In this document: positions 18,500 to 28,500 of the stretch, piece by piece
Numbering within the stretch: the first letter of the stretch is position 1
Layout of the letters: the number at the start of each line of letters is the position of its first letter
DNA from: a virus
Taxonomy: Duplodnaviria > Caudoviricetes
Strand: one strand, 5' to 3'
Virus record (IMG/VR): IMGVR_UViG_3300010429_001883
Location: 84,473 to 148,472 of that record
Length of the DNA stretch: 64,000 nucleotides
The notes under the pieces: generated by a model
Seen by the model: only the letters and a program-made list of their open reading frames with translations
Database searches by the model: none
What the model was told of the DNA's origin: nothing
Program-made: the position numbers and the translations under genes

Positions 18500-21400
18500 T
18501 GGCAAAATCCTCGGTTAATGACATTTTTGTAGATATATTCTTAGACTTGGAAGCAAGTTTTGATCCTACGTCTGAACAATCCTATCAAAATTTAAAACAA
18601 TTAAATAAAAGAATTCTTAATTCGAGGGCTACTAAACGAAGCCACCGCGGCATTGTTTCTTCCCAACACAGAGCAGCGCATGTTATTGATTTAGCGTATT
18701 CAACATTTAATTCTAACAAGAAGATAAGTAAGCCGTTAACAAGTTTTATTAAAGAAAGACAGCTTGCTGCCGATCCTAAAAAATTTGTAGGCGATTTCTG
18801 GAAAACCACAGAAGAACCAAGAAAACTTTTGGAAGAGTTGCGGTCATTTGCATCTGGTAAAACAACAGCAACAAAATTTATACAACCCATAGATGCATTA
18901 ACTGAGTTTTTAGAGCATGTTGATGAGCAAGCCAAGTTAGCAGCCAAGGTTGGCAAGAAAGTAAGAATCAGTGGGTGGTCATTACAGTATGATCTATCTG
19001 TACTAATAGGCAATATTGAGGGAATACTTTCTTCTGGAAAGAGAAAAGATCCGGCAATTGCTGCTAAACTGCATAAACTATCTTCTGTATATAATCAATT
19101 TGTTGATCATATTCAACGAAAAACAATTACTACCCACAGCCTAGAAACTGGGTTTTTGAAATACCGCGCCGCCCTGGTTGCTAAGGCATATGAAAAGTAT
19201 GGTCAATCATTTATTTCCAACACTAAACTTAATGAAAGCGCCGTCAAGCATATATCGAATGTTATAAGGAAAGGGGATGCTGCTGCTTTTGATGAATTAA
19301 TAAGTGGTCGAACGGCTAAATTTGGTGGATATAGGGTAGAAGATGTTTTAAGGTTTTTAGATATTTATGGTGGAAAAGAAAAACACCGCGCAGCAATGGA
19401 TGTTTTACAAGAAACAGACATTGCTTTAAGGTTTAGAGATTTTAATCCATTTGTAGACGATCCTTTTGAATATGCTAAAAAGGTTGGTGGTAAGTCTGTT
19501 ACTGCTATAACTGATCAGCAGGTTTTTTATAAACGAGCCATAAAAGAAATTATAGTGCCAGATAGGATGGGACGAGCGGTGGCTGGGGAAGCGGCGGCTG
19601 CGGTTGGGTCAGCCTCTTCACAAATAGTTAAAGGCCAAAGTTCAATTATATCAAGACTTGCTCTAGGTAAAATTTCTTCCAACAAAGCAATAAAGATAGC
19701 TGGCATTGGTGCTCTTGCTGTTGTTGGTTTAGGTGTTGTGCAGAGACTTTGGGATAGTGCTGGCGACGATGATTATTCTAATAAGCATGAAGCTCTAATA
19801 GGAAGTTCACATAAAAAGTTTGGTATTTTTGGTTCTGGTTACCGCGGAGGTAGGAGTGACTATCTAGATCGAAAGATAGAAGAGGCACGCTCTCGTGGAT
19901 CGATGTTTGTTGGTGCTAGCTATGTTGGATTGCCAACAAGAGAGATTAGACAGAAATTAGTTTCTAATATAGTTGCAAATAGCCCATATGGTGGGGCTGG
20001 TGGTTTTGGCGGAAGAAAGAAAAATACAACATATTCAGAAACGGCCGCTGGTTTTGGTACTTTTGCTCACCAAATAGCTCAACGTGAAATGATGGATACC
20101 GGCAGTTACACCGGTAAAACTTTGACGTGGCGACAAAATTTTGCAGATGCGATAATAGGTCGGGATAGAGGAAAGGGAATTACTCCCGAATATAAGGCTG
20201 TTAGCCAAGAAACCGGCATGTATGGCAGTATAGACGTACTGCAAAATGAAGTTATTATTGAACATAAGTTTGTTACAGCTGGAATTTTTGAGACAATTGT
20301 TAGAACTGGAAAACCATTCCCGTCCCATGTGCTCCAGATAAATGCATATATGGGTATGCTTGGTAAACGAAAAGCACAACTAATATACACTAACAGAGAA
20401 AATCTTCAACAGAGAATAGTTTTTGATGTTGATTTTGGTGAAAAAGCATATAAGCAAACTGCTAGAAAAGTAAGAAAAGCCTCTAGGCAGGCAATGCGTG
20501 ATGCATTAGAAATGGGAGTTGATGTTTCTAGTTTGCCTGTTAATGAGGACATTACTGGACAAGAAACACAAATACCTTCAATGGAAGAACTGAAAGAAAG
20601 GTATCCTGTTGAACTCTTCCATGCGTTAACAGTTAGACGCGGTATTCCAACTAATCTTGAAAAATTAAGAGAAGATCGGGACTTAGAACAACAACGTGTT
20701 CGTGCTAGGAAAGGTAATATAATTGAGGGCATGAGACACGGGTGGTTTGGCAGTTCTAGAAAAGATAGAACAGACTTCGGTTCTGGTTTTAGACCAGAAG
20801 ATGAATATGGTACTCCTGATAACGTATGGACATCCAGGGCGGTAGCTGTAGCTGCTGTTGGTGGTTTTGCCTATGGGATGGCAAAACACCCGGTTTGGCT
20901 TTATAATAAAATTAAGAAACTTGAAGATAGAAGTCCTTTACAAATACTTAAAACTTTTCGTTTATCTGAAAGACTTCAGCCTCGTGTTATCAGTGCTCTT
21001 GATAGCAAAGGTAAACAAGTAATCCCAGCATCTGCTTTATTAATACGTGGCGGTTCTGCGATGCGCGGCCGATCTTATGCGTACGCAGATACCTCTCTAA
21101 CAAAACTAGGGATGTTGGTGCAAAATTTACTTGGCGAATTACCAATTGATGAGAAAGGTAATTTAGTTTTTACAAAGGCGGAAGGAAATTTTTATAAAAT
21201 AGCTGTAGGGGGGCAAGAGAAATTTGTCACCTTTGCGTCAGCAAATACTAGGCTAGCCTCTGCGGCGTTTAGATATAATAAGCGAACAGGAGAGAAAGCT
21301 CTTTCTGATTTTGAAGTAGCAGCTACCAAAAGAATGTCAAATATGCCAGAATGGTTTAAAGCTTTTGCTGGCATGCATAACGCTAAGAAAACTAAGACAG

Positions 21401-24400
21401 AAGAGTTAATTTATAAAGCTGGATTACAAATCCAAAAATTAAAATTATCTCAGATAGAACAAAAATTAACGGGTGTTGCTGATGATGCCGTTGCACCAAT
21501 ATATGCTACAACTAAAAGTACGCCAATTTTAAGAACAGCAGATATATTTTTACAAAAATCTAGGCGCGCAGCTCTTGGAGGACTTGAAAGATTTAATAGA
21601 TTGATTGCTGAGTTTGGAGTGGCGTTGCCGGCTGGTTCTTTTAATAGGGTTTTAACGGTTCCATGGAACGACGTAGTAGCTCGTACCCCTGTGGGTAAAA
21701 AACTTGGGATGCAGGTTGGTAGGCGCGGTTTTATAAATCAATTATTAGCTAAAAGGTATTTCCCCATAGCAGCAATTGCTGCGACTGCCGGGCTTTTGGA
21801 TTATGTTACTGGACATACAGTATCAGATATGCCTGTAGAAACATATGCTAATACACAAATAGGCATGTCTACTGTTGCTCGTATGACTGGACTGAATAAA
21901 TATAAAGAACTTATAAATACAATTTCTCCTGTTCCAGATTATGGGATTGCTCTAGCAACACTATCTACAGCAGCGATAGGTTCTCAAATATATGCTAATA
22001 GGCTTGCAGCTTCTAATAATATTGCTCCTGCTTTGTCGCGCCTAGGAGTTACTCAACAATTTTCTACATATGAAAAATTTTCCACCCGTGCTGGACAGGC
22101 TCTTGCCAGTGAATCCTATACGCCTGCTTATCAAACACTGAAGAAAAAGTTGTTAACAAAAAGCCTAAAGGGTGCGGCTTTACTTGCAGCTCCTTTTATT
22201 GCCAGTGCTCTTATACCAGAAGAATCTCCTCAGGAATTAAGAGATATTTATAGTGGCCGACAAGAAATTGAAGTCATGAAAGGGCGATGGTGGGAAACAT
22301 CTTCTACTCCATATGAAGGCGATAAGACTAAAGAATTTCGTCAGCATTTCGTTGCTAGGTTCTTAAATAGGCAATGGATAAAAGATGAATATGGCTCTGA
22401 AGGTGAATATTGGAAAAGAAATTTGGGCACCCCAATTGGGTGGTTTAATTTACTAACCGATCCATATGGCAAAGAAGTAGAAGCTGCGAAAAGAGGACGT
22501 AACTTTCCTTTAACAGAAGAACTATTTTTAGATGTACCTTTTTCTGATATAACCGGCTTAAGATTTATTGGGCATGCGTTAAAGCCACCAAAATTTATGC
22601 ATGCTCGAAGTGTTGAAGATTTTGCTAGGATGTATGAATCAGAGAACCCAGACTTAGAGCCATCCTATGAGCTTGGAGGACTGAAGCCACTGGTTCCTCA
22701 AATGCCGTGGAGCTTAAGGAATATGGCTGCCAGAACTTTTTCTCAATATACAACAGTAGCAGGGTTACCTGGTTTTATAGGAACAACTACGTCCAAAAAA
22801 TTGTTAGGCGAAGAAAATGTTTTTATTGATAAGTATACCCCAACGCTACAGGCAGCCAATGAGATAGGTAATCAAGAACGTTGGTTTTATGGATTAGAAT
22901 TGGGCGGCGCTGCCTTTTTGTCTGAGCCTGTTCGTAGGTACATTCAACGAACACCGCGACAATTTGGTGCTCCCTATAACCCAATACCAAATGATTTGCC
23001 CGACTGGTTATCTGGAAAAAATGAGTTAAAAGATTTAGCAACGGGCGATGCTATAGCAAAAGTTGGATTCAACGCTAGATATTTGCCTCCTAGGGGGGAA
23101 GGCGAGGAGTACAACGAACTACAAAAGGCAGAAGCCTTAGCACATGTGCAGCCCTATAGTAGAAGATTAACTAGGATGTTTTCTGCATTAGATGAAGTCG
23201 CTCTTGAGCCTATGGCTAGATACCGAGTTGAGGAACTGAAGCAACAAGTAAAAGCAATAAAAGAAAGAGAAAAATTTTCTGAAAACACGTTTGCAACGCC
23301 GTTGGCTGGATATAGTGGGACTGTTGAGCAAGTTGAGGGCGAATATTTAAAACTAAAAGAATACCCTTTTAAGGAATTTAAAGTAGGGGGATTTGCTTTA
23401 AATTATTATCAGACGGCAAAGAATTTTATTAGAACTGAAAATATTTCTATACAAAGGGCCGCCATGCGTGCCGCTGAAGTTCAAGAAAAAGCTAGAGAGC
23501 ATATTGAGAAACAGCTTACACCGGGAACTAGAATTGGCTTTGCTGCAGCCGCCGGTGCGCCAGAAAATTTACGTCAAGTTGATATAGCTGTATATACATC
23601 TAATGGCCTTTTAAATAGAGAAGTAAAAGATAAGTATAATTTACCAATAGAGCAAAATAAAGCCATAAGCCAACTTATGTATTCTGCCCCCACTAGGGCA
23701 ATGGGAACAGTGGCTGAATCTATATTTCATGACCCGGCTCTTCCAACAATGGCAAAATTTGCTGGTAAATATACAGCACTAGAAAAATATAAAAAAGAAA
23801 GGGTCTATGGAAAGAAAATAAAACTTTGGGATAACCCAATAGAAAGTTTTATTATGCAACCTGCTTATGGTGCCTCACGTCGATTTGGGTCTGTTGTACC
23901 CTTTAATCCTTTTTCTGGATTTGATGATGAATATAATAGCATAGAGGGTTTGAAGGGGAATGTTCACCAGCAATTTGGAGTATTCGGTAGCGGATTTATA
24001 AATAAACTTGGCAATATAATGGAAACAACCTTATCAAAGATATTGTTTTCTGGTAAGGGGATGTCTCCGCTTGTAAGTAGTGAAAAATATTTATTAATTG
24101 ATGCCGATAAAACATTATTTGGAGGTTTTCTTGACACGGCATTTAACGCTGTTAACAGAGTAAGCCCTAGCATAGCCAGAGATTTATATGCTTCTAGCAC
24201 AGCTCGATTTATTTCTTCTAGAATTCCTGTAACAAAACAAGGAAAAAATGTTTTATCTATGGCTGAAAGAGCCAAAAGTTTTGGTTTTAAACCAATACTT
24301 TTTACCGACAGGCCGATAGAACACGCCAGCTCTACAATAGGGGCACTGAAGCGCTCCGTAGGGGATAAGCGGATTGAAAATTTATTCGAAGGAAGGTATT

Positions 24401-25515
24401 ATTTTGGTGCTGGCAAAAAGCAGTCTTCTGTTTTACCAGAATCTTTTTTAATAGATGACAGAATTACAGAGTATGGTAGTTTAGTTAAAGGAGGGCTACA
24501 CCCAGGAAGTGAAGGTATTGCAACAGCATTCATTAGACAAACTACTCCCTTTGGTTCTGGTTTTGCTTCATCAGATCGATATGTGCCTGTTCCTGGATAC
24601 ACTGAAAACATCAGAAAGTATAATGAATATTTTGATAAATTAGAATACATAAAATGGATAAAACTTGCAAAACAGGCAGAGGAAAAAGGACACGATAGGC
24701 TAATATCTTACTATATGGCGAAAGCTAGGGGCACGATGATTGGTATAAACCCCCTAATAGCAGAACCAGAACAAGTTATGCAGGTTTTACCAAAATCTGA
24801 GCGTCCTTATTTTGCTGCATTCGCTAATGAGCCCAATCCCGAGAAGCGACAGGAAATTATGGAAATGCTTCCTGCATCTCAAAGAAGACTAATGGCTGGG
24901 ACTTGGTTTAGGCAAATGAATCATGCGTCTATGTTGGAGGAAGAAATTCCACAGTATCGGGAGTATGTTCGTAATGAAGGATATATGACAGATGCTGAAA
25001 AACAAGTTATTCCTGGGCTTGCTAAGGTATATGGTGGAGCAGTTGAGCCTGCTGCTCTTGATCGTATGGCAGAAATTTATCAGTTTTTAGATGAAAATAA
25101 TCTTCCACTTCCGAGTGAAAATTGGAAAGGGTGGCAAGCACAAATTGATATGCAAGATCTGAAACTTATGTATTTAAAAAGCATAGGTGAAGATATCCAT
25201 GAATATGATCTGTGGGAAGACCGTGAAAGAATGCTTGCTAGAAAACCATACTTGAAAAACACGCTGGGTGCTTTACGAAACAACTTTAATCCGTCTGGTA
25301 CCATTAGTGTCATGGATGGGATATTAAAAGACAATGGAGTATTAGCTAATAGGTATTCTTCTACACCTACAACTGAGACTAGTTTTACTCTTAACTTTGG
25401 TGTTGATCCTGATACTATGTTATATGATACTGATTTTAATAGAGCAATAGATGATTCAATGAGAAAGACACGGCCAGGCTTTGATAATCTAGACCTTTAT
25501 CTTGGGAGAATGTAG
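18499..25515 (+). CDS. Giant tape-measure-position multidomain protein (DEDDh exonuclease, PD-(D/E)XK nuclease, SNase-like, HAD phosphatase, several membrane-like helices)
   Basis: 2338 aa. DLE/YD/HRAAMD (D16, E18, D165, H296, D301); GSID...IEHK...QINAY (D579, E588, K590, Q613, Y617); GTVEQVEGEY...VYTSNGLLNRE; IDADKTL...FTDR...IDDR (D1868). Basic, Ala/Gly-rich helical core with apolar segments. Confidence 0.75.
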   Translation: MAKSSVNDIFVDIFLDLEASFDPTSEQSYQNLKQLNKRILNSRATKRSHRGIVSSQHRAAHVIDLAYSTFNSNKKISKPLTSFIKERQLAADPKKFVGDFWKTTEEPRKLLEELRSFASGKTTATKFIQPIDALTEFLEHVDEQAKLAAKVGKKVRISGWSLQYDLSVLIGNIEGILSSGKRKDPAIAAKLHKLSSVYNQFVDHIQRKTITTHSLETGFLKYRAALVAKAYEKYGQSFISNTKLNESAVKHISNVIRKGDAAAFDELISGRTAKFGGYRVEDVLRFLDIYGGKEKHRAAMDVLQETDIALRFRDFNPFVDDPFEYAKKVGGKSVTAITDQQVFYKRAIKEIIVPDRMGRAVAGEAAAAVGSASSQIVKGQSSIISRLALGKISSNKAIKIAGIGALAVVGLGVVQRLWDSAGDDDYSNKHEALIGSSHKKFGIFGSGYRGGRSDYLDRKIEEARSRGSMFVGASYVGLPTREIRQKLVSNIVANSPYGGAGGFGGRKKNTTYSETAAGFGTFAHQIAQREMMDTGSYTGKTLTWRQNFADAIIGRDRGKGITPEYKAVSQETGMYGSIDVLQNEVIIEHKFVTAGIFETIVRTGKPFPSHVLQINAYMGMLGKRKAQLIYTNRENLQQRIVFDVDFGEKAYKQTARKVRKASRQAMRDALEMGVDVSSLPVNEDITGQETQIPSMEELKERYPVELFHALTVRRGIPTNLEKLREDRDLEQQRVRARKGNIIEGMRHGWFGSSRKDRTDFGSGFRPEDEYGTPDNVWTSRAVAVAAVGGFAYGMAKHPVWLYNKIKKLEDRSPLQILKTFRLSERLQPRVISALDSKGKQVIPASALLIRGGSAMRGRSYAYADTSLTKLGMLVQNLLGELPIDEKGNLVFTKAEGNFYKIAVGGQEKFVTFASANTRLASAAFRYNKRTGEKALSDFEVAATKRMSNMPEWFKAFAGMHNAKKTKTEELIYKAGLQIQKLKLSQIEQKLTGVADDAVAPIYATTKSTPILRTADIFLQKSRRAALGGLERFNRLIAEFGVALPAGSFNRVLTVPWNDVVARTPVGKKLGMQVGRRGFINQLLAKRYFPIAAIAATAGLLDYVTGHTVSDMPVETYANTQIGMSTVARMTGLNKYKELINTISPVPDYGIALATLSTAAIGSQIYANRLAASNNIAPALSRLGVTQQFSTYEKFSTRAGQALASESYTPAYQTLKKKLLTKSLKGAALLAAPFIASALIPEESPQELRDIYSGRQEIEVMKGRWWETSSTPYEGDKTKEFRQHFVARFLNRQWIKDEYGSEGEYWKRNLGTPIGWFNLLTDPYGKEVEAAKRGRNFPLTEELFLDVPFSDITGLRFIGHALKPPKFMHARSVEDFARMYESENPDLEPSYELGGLKPLVPQMPWSLRNMAARTFSQYTTVAGLPGFIGTTTSKKLLGEENVFIDKYTPTLQAANEIGNQERWFYGLELGGAAFLSEPVRRYIQRTPRQFGAPYNPIPNDLPDWLSGKNELKDLATGDAIAKVGFNARYLPPRGEGEEYNELQKAEALAHVQPYSRRLTRMFSALDEVALEPMARYRVEELKQQVKAIKEREKFSENTFATPLAGYSGTVEQVEGEYLKLKEYPFKEFKVGGFALNYYQTAKNFIRTENISIQRAAMRAAEVQEKAREHIEKQLTPGTRIGFAAAAGAPENLRQVDIAVYTSNGLLNREVKDKYNLPIEQNKAISQLMYSAPTRAMGTVAESIFHDPALPTMAKFAGKYTALEKYKKERVYGKKIKLWDNPIESFIMQPAYGASRRFGSVVPFNPFSGFDDEYNSIEGLKGNVHQQFGVFGSGFINKLGNIMETTLSKILFSGKGMSPLVSSEKYLLIDADKTLFGGFLDTAFNAVNRVSPSIARDLYASSTARFISSRIPVTKQGKNVLSMAERAKSFGFKPILFTDRPIEHASSTIGALKRSVGDKRIENLFEGRYYFGAGKKQSSVLPESFLIDDRITEYGSLVKGGLHPGSEGIATAFIRQTTPFGSGFASSDRYVPVPGYTENIRKYNEYFDKLEYIKWIKLAKQAEEKGHDRLISYYMAKARGTMIGINPLIAEPEQVMQVLPKSERPYFAAFANEPNPEKRQEIMEMLPASQRRLMAGTWFRQMNHASMLEEEIPQYREYVRNEGYMTDAEKQVIPGLAKVYGGAVEPAALDRMAEIYQFLDENNLPLPSENWKGWQAQIDMQDLKLMYLKSIGEDIHEYDLWEDRERMLARKPYLKNTLGALRNNFNPSGTISVMDGILKDNGVLANRYSSTPTTETSFTLNFGVDPDTMLYDTDFNRAIDDSMRKTRPGFDNLDLYLGRM
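19762..19842 (+). repeat. Peptide repeat 1, left type (GDDDY...HKKFGIFGSGY)
   Basis: Precedes the PD-(D/E)XK domain; resembles repeat 3. Confidence 0.65.
20713..20790 (+). repeat. Peptide repeat 2, right type (GNIIEGMRHG...RKDRTDFGSGF)
   Basis: Follows the PD-(D/E)XK domain. Confidence 0.65.
23911..23997 (+). repeat. Peptide repeat 3, left type (FSGFDDEYNSIEGLKGNVHQQFGVFGSGF)
   Basis: Precedes the HAD domain; resembles repeat 1 and shares IEG with repeat 2. Confidence 0.65.
24490..24564 (+). repeat. Peptide repeat 4, right type (GGLHPGSEG...IRQTTPFGSGF)
   Basis: Follows the HAD domain; R-x-x-T-[DP]-FGSGF ending similar to repeat 2. Confidence 0.6.
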
Positions 25516-28500
25516 TGCCAGATTCAAATGAAAAATTAAGAGTTAATGACAGCCGCTCTATTAGTAGCTTTTTAGGTATTGCCGGCGTTGGCGCCGCAGT
25601 ATTTGCTGGTGGTTGGCATTTATTAAATAATGCTGGATTGCGGGAAGCTATGTCTGGTGGTGTTAAGGGTGTTACAAATGTCGATATGAGGGCTGCTGCT
25701 GCTAAGGGGATTTTAAGACAAAGACAGGAAGATTTTATTAGACCTGGGTTTGAGGCGGCATTTGAGGCCAACCAGAAAAAGTTCGCTGAGTTTGGTTCAA
25801 AAGAAACTTTGCATAGGGTTAATAAAGCACTTGATACTGCGCTTAATCCAAAATCTAGTAGAATAGATTACATCTTGAAAAGAAACAAACAAAAGCTTGA
25901 TAAGGCTCGGGAAGATTTAGCCAGAGCAACAACACCAAGAGATAAAGAAAGATTACTGCAACGTGTAGCTGGGAAAGAAAGAATAGAAAAACACTTTATG
26001 TCTAAGGCTAAACAGCTTGTTGTTGACGCTAACGATTCGCTTAATAAAACATTAAAGCCTTACCTGGCTGGTACAGATCTTGGATCATTAAAGAATACTA
26101 AAGAAACATTCTTGGCTGTATATAAATCCTTAGCTAAAACTAATCCCTCAGAGGCGGCGAAGCTATATAACACCGTTAGTATGATGTCAGAAATGGCTGC
26201 CAGCGGAAAAACAATCTCAGCAAATTCAAGAATTGGTAGTAAATTTAAGAAAAGGGGACTAACGGCTGTTTCTAAATCCAGAAGACTTGGATTTTTAGAA
26301 GCCGGCGGATATTTAGAAGGTTTATCTAAGAAACAAGTAAAAGCATTATCTTCCTCGGCAGGTTTCCGTGTATACAGCAGACAAACTGCTGGTGGAGAGA
26401 TGGCTTTTGTTTCATTTGGAACTAGTAATCGGATATGGTCTTTAGGTGAGGCAGGATCTAAGTCCATCTCTTCTGTCTATGAACACGTTGGATCTGGTGG
26501 TGGAATTCTTTCTGGGATGCTGGTTAAGAAAGCTGGTGGTCAGTTTGAAGAGGTTAAAGGGTCTACTTATGTTCTTTCTAAAATAGCAGAAACTGCTGAA
26601 ATGGCCGGCAAGGCAATATCAAAAGAAGATGAAGAAATTTTATCTGCCTTGTATGCACATAGAACGTCTAATACGGCCGCACTTTGGCAGGCCCATGGAA
26701 CTAATTCTCCACTGCGGGGTTTTGCGACAAATAGGGCACTAGTTGAAGAAATGGTTTTGGATCGTGGTTTTATGCATAATACCGAGGCTGTTTCTGAGTT
26801 AAGCTCTAAATTAGCTAATCAAGGGTATGTTCCTGCAGCCGGCGGTAGTGCAATAGAAACAGTTTATAAAATGTTTGGTTTTGATGAAAAAGGACAGAAG
26901 ATAGCTACCGGGCTTGGAGCTGAAACATATAAATTTAATGTATGGGATGAGGCCTCTGGATGGTTGCCCAAAGAAATGAAAATGGCAGACTGGTTAATGC
27001 AACATCACGGTAAATTTAAAGATCAGTTTGAATTGTACAGAGCACACATGAAAATGGATTATTTGGTTAGTTCTGCTGAAGAGGGAGATAAATTTTTTCA
27101 ACCGCTTTCAAAGACACAGGCTAAATTAAGAGTGAACGCTGGGGTTCTAAGTAATAAACAGTTTCAAGATTTTAGAGAACTTAGTGCTCTCGCTCAAGAA
27201 CTTAAAGGCAATGTTAAAAGTTTTAAAGAAACAGATATTTTAGATGCTTTAACAGGGGGTAAAGTTTCTCAAAAGTTACTTAAAAATTTAGGCATAAGTG
27301 AAGGTTCTGTTATAGATAGAACTAAAGCAGCTGCCATAGCCAAACAATTCGCAAAAATGGGACAAGTGGGAGTAGAGGATTTACATTATATAGCTAACAT
27401 TGGTGCTGGACAGGCCCTAGGCTCTAAAGAGTTTATGCAAAGAATTAATTCTATTGAGTTTGCTTCTGTTTTTGATGTTGATGACTTCTCTAGTGATATT
27501 GTGGAAAAAATTAACAGAGCGAAACCAGGAGAAACAATAGAAATTAAAAATCTAAAGCCAGGACAAATATTAGGTAGAAAGGATAATAGAAGTATACGGT
27601 TAGCAAAAGATGGCACGAGAAAATATCGTGCTGAAATTATGAAAACTGAAAAGGGATATAAAGTGATTGCATATGGGCAACATGCTCATAGAGAATATAT
27701 GAGTAAAACAGCTAGATCATTTACTGGTGCAGGTGAAAATTTAGATAGACGTCTTGTGGTAATGGGAGACCTTAGAGGGGGCCTAAGCCACGCTAAAGAA
27801 CTTATGTCTACTATTGGTGGAAAAAAATATCAAGATACTATGGAAGCTGTTACGGCACTTTTGTCCGGTGGGAAAAGTTTAGATTTATTATATGGAGAAG
27901 ATATATTAAGCAACGCTCCAAGCTATGTTAAAACCATGGCAGTTAAGTCTATGGAGCAAACCAAGAAAACAGGTAAATATGTTCCTTTAATGATACAAAG
28001 TTATTTTAGCTTGTGGGCAGCAGGGGCTGCGCATATAGGGTCAAAAGCGAAGGGAGATATCTTACATGCTCAAATGATGCGGAACATGGGGCTTGATTTC
28101 ATGATTCCTAAATATTTTGCTAAGATGACTAGTTTAAATAAGGAAGGATTACAGCTGGCATTGAAAATGACAGAGGCATATCAAACAGGTACGGACGCTG
28201 TTGGTGATTTAATAAAAACACAAGTATCAAATGTAAATGAGTTAAGAGAGGTGCTTGGTAAAGGAATAGCTTCAGAAGAATATGCTGGTGGGTTTAAGTA
28301 TAAATCAAGAAAAGGACTTATTGACGAAGTTAGAAAAATGTACGGAGATACTGATCCAAAAATCTCTAAATTGTTAGATAGTATTAAGGATCAGGAATAT
28401 TATTATATGCCTGGAGCCAGATCCGGCCTTCAAGAGAAAATTGCTGCTGCGGCTAAAGAGGGCGCTGCGTCACAACGGCCGCTTTATTCTACTAAGCTAG

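Noticed and set aside
19900-20480. Cas4-like motifs as evidence of a CRISPR-Cas locus
   Set aside because: No other cas genes or repeat-spacer array seen, no Fe-S cysteines, and the domain is fused inside a tail-module protein.
15926-25418. ATACTAT copies inside coding sequence (15926, 25412)
   Set aside because: Both are near gene ends, but the heptamer is expected several times by chance in 64 kb of AT-rich DNA; not counted.
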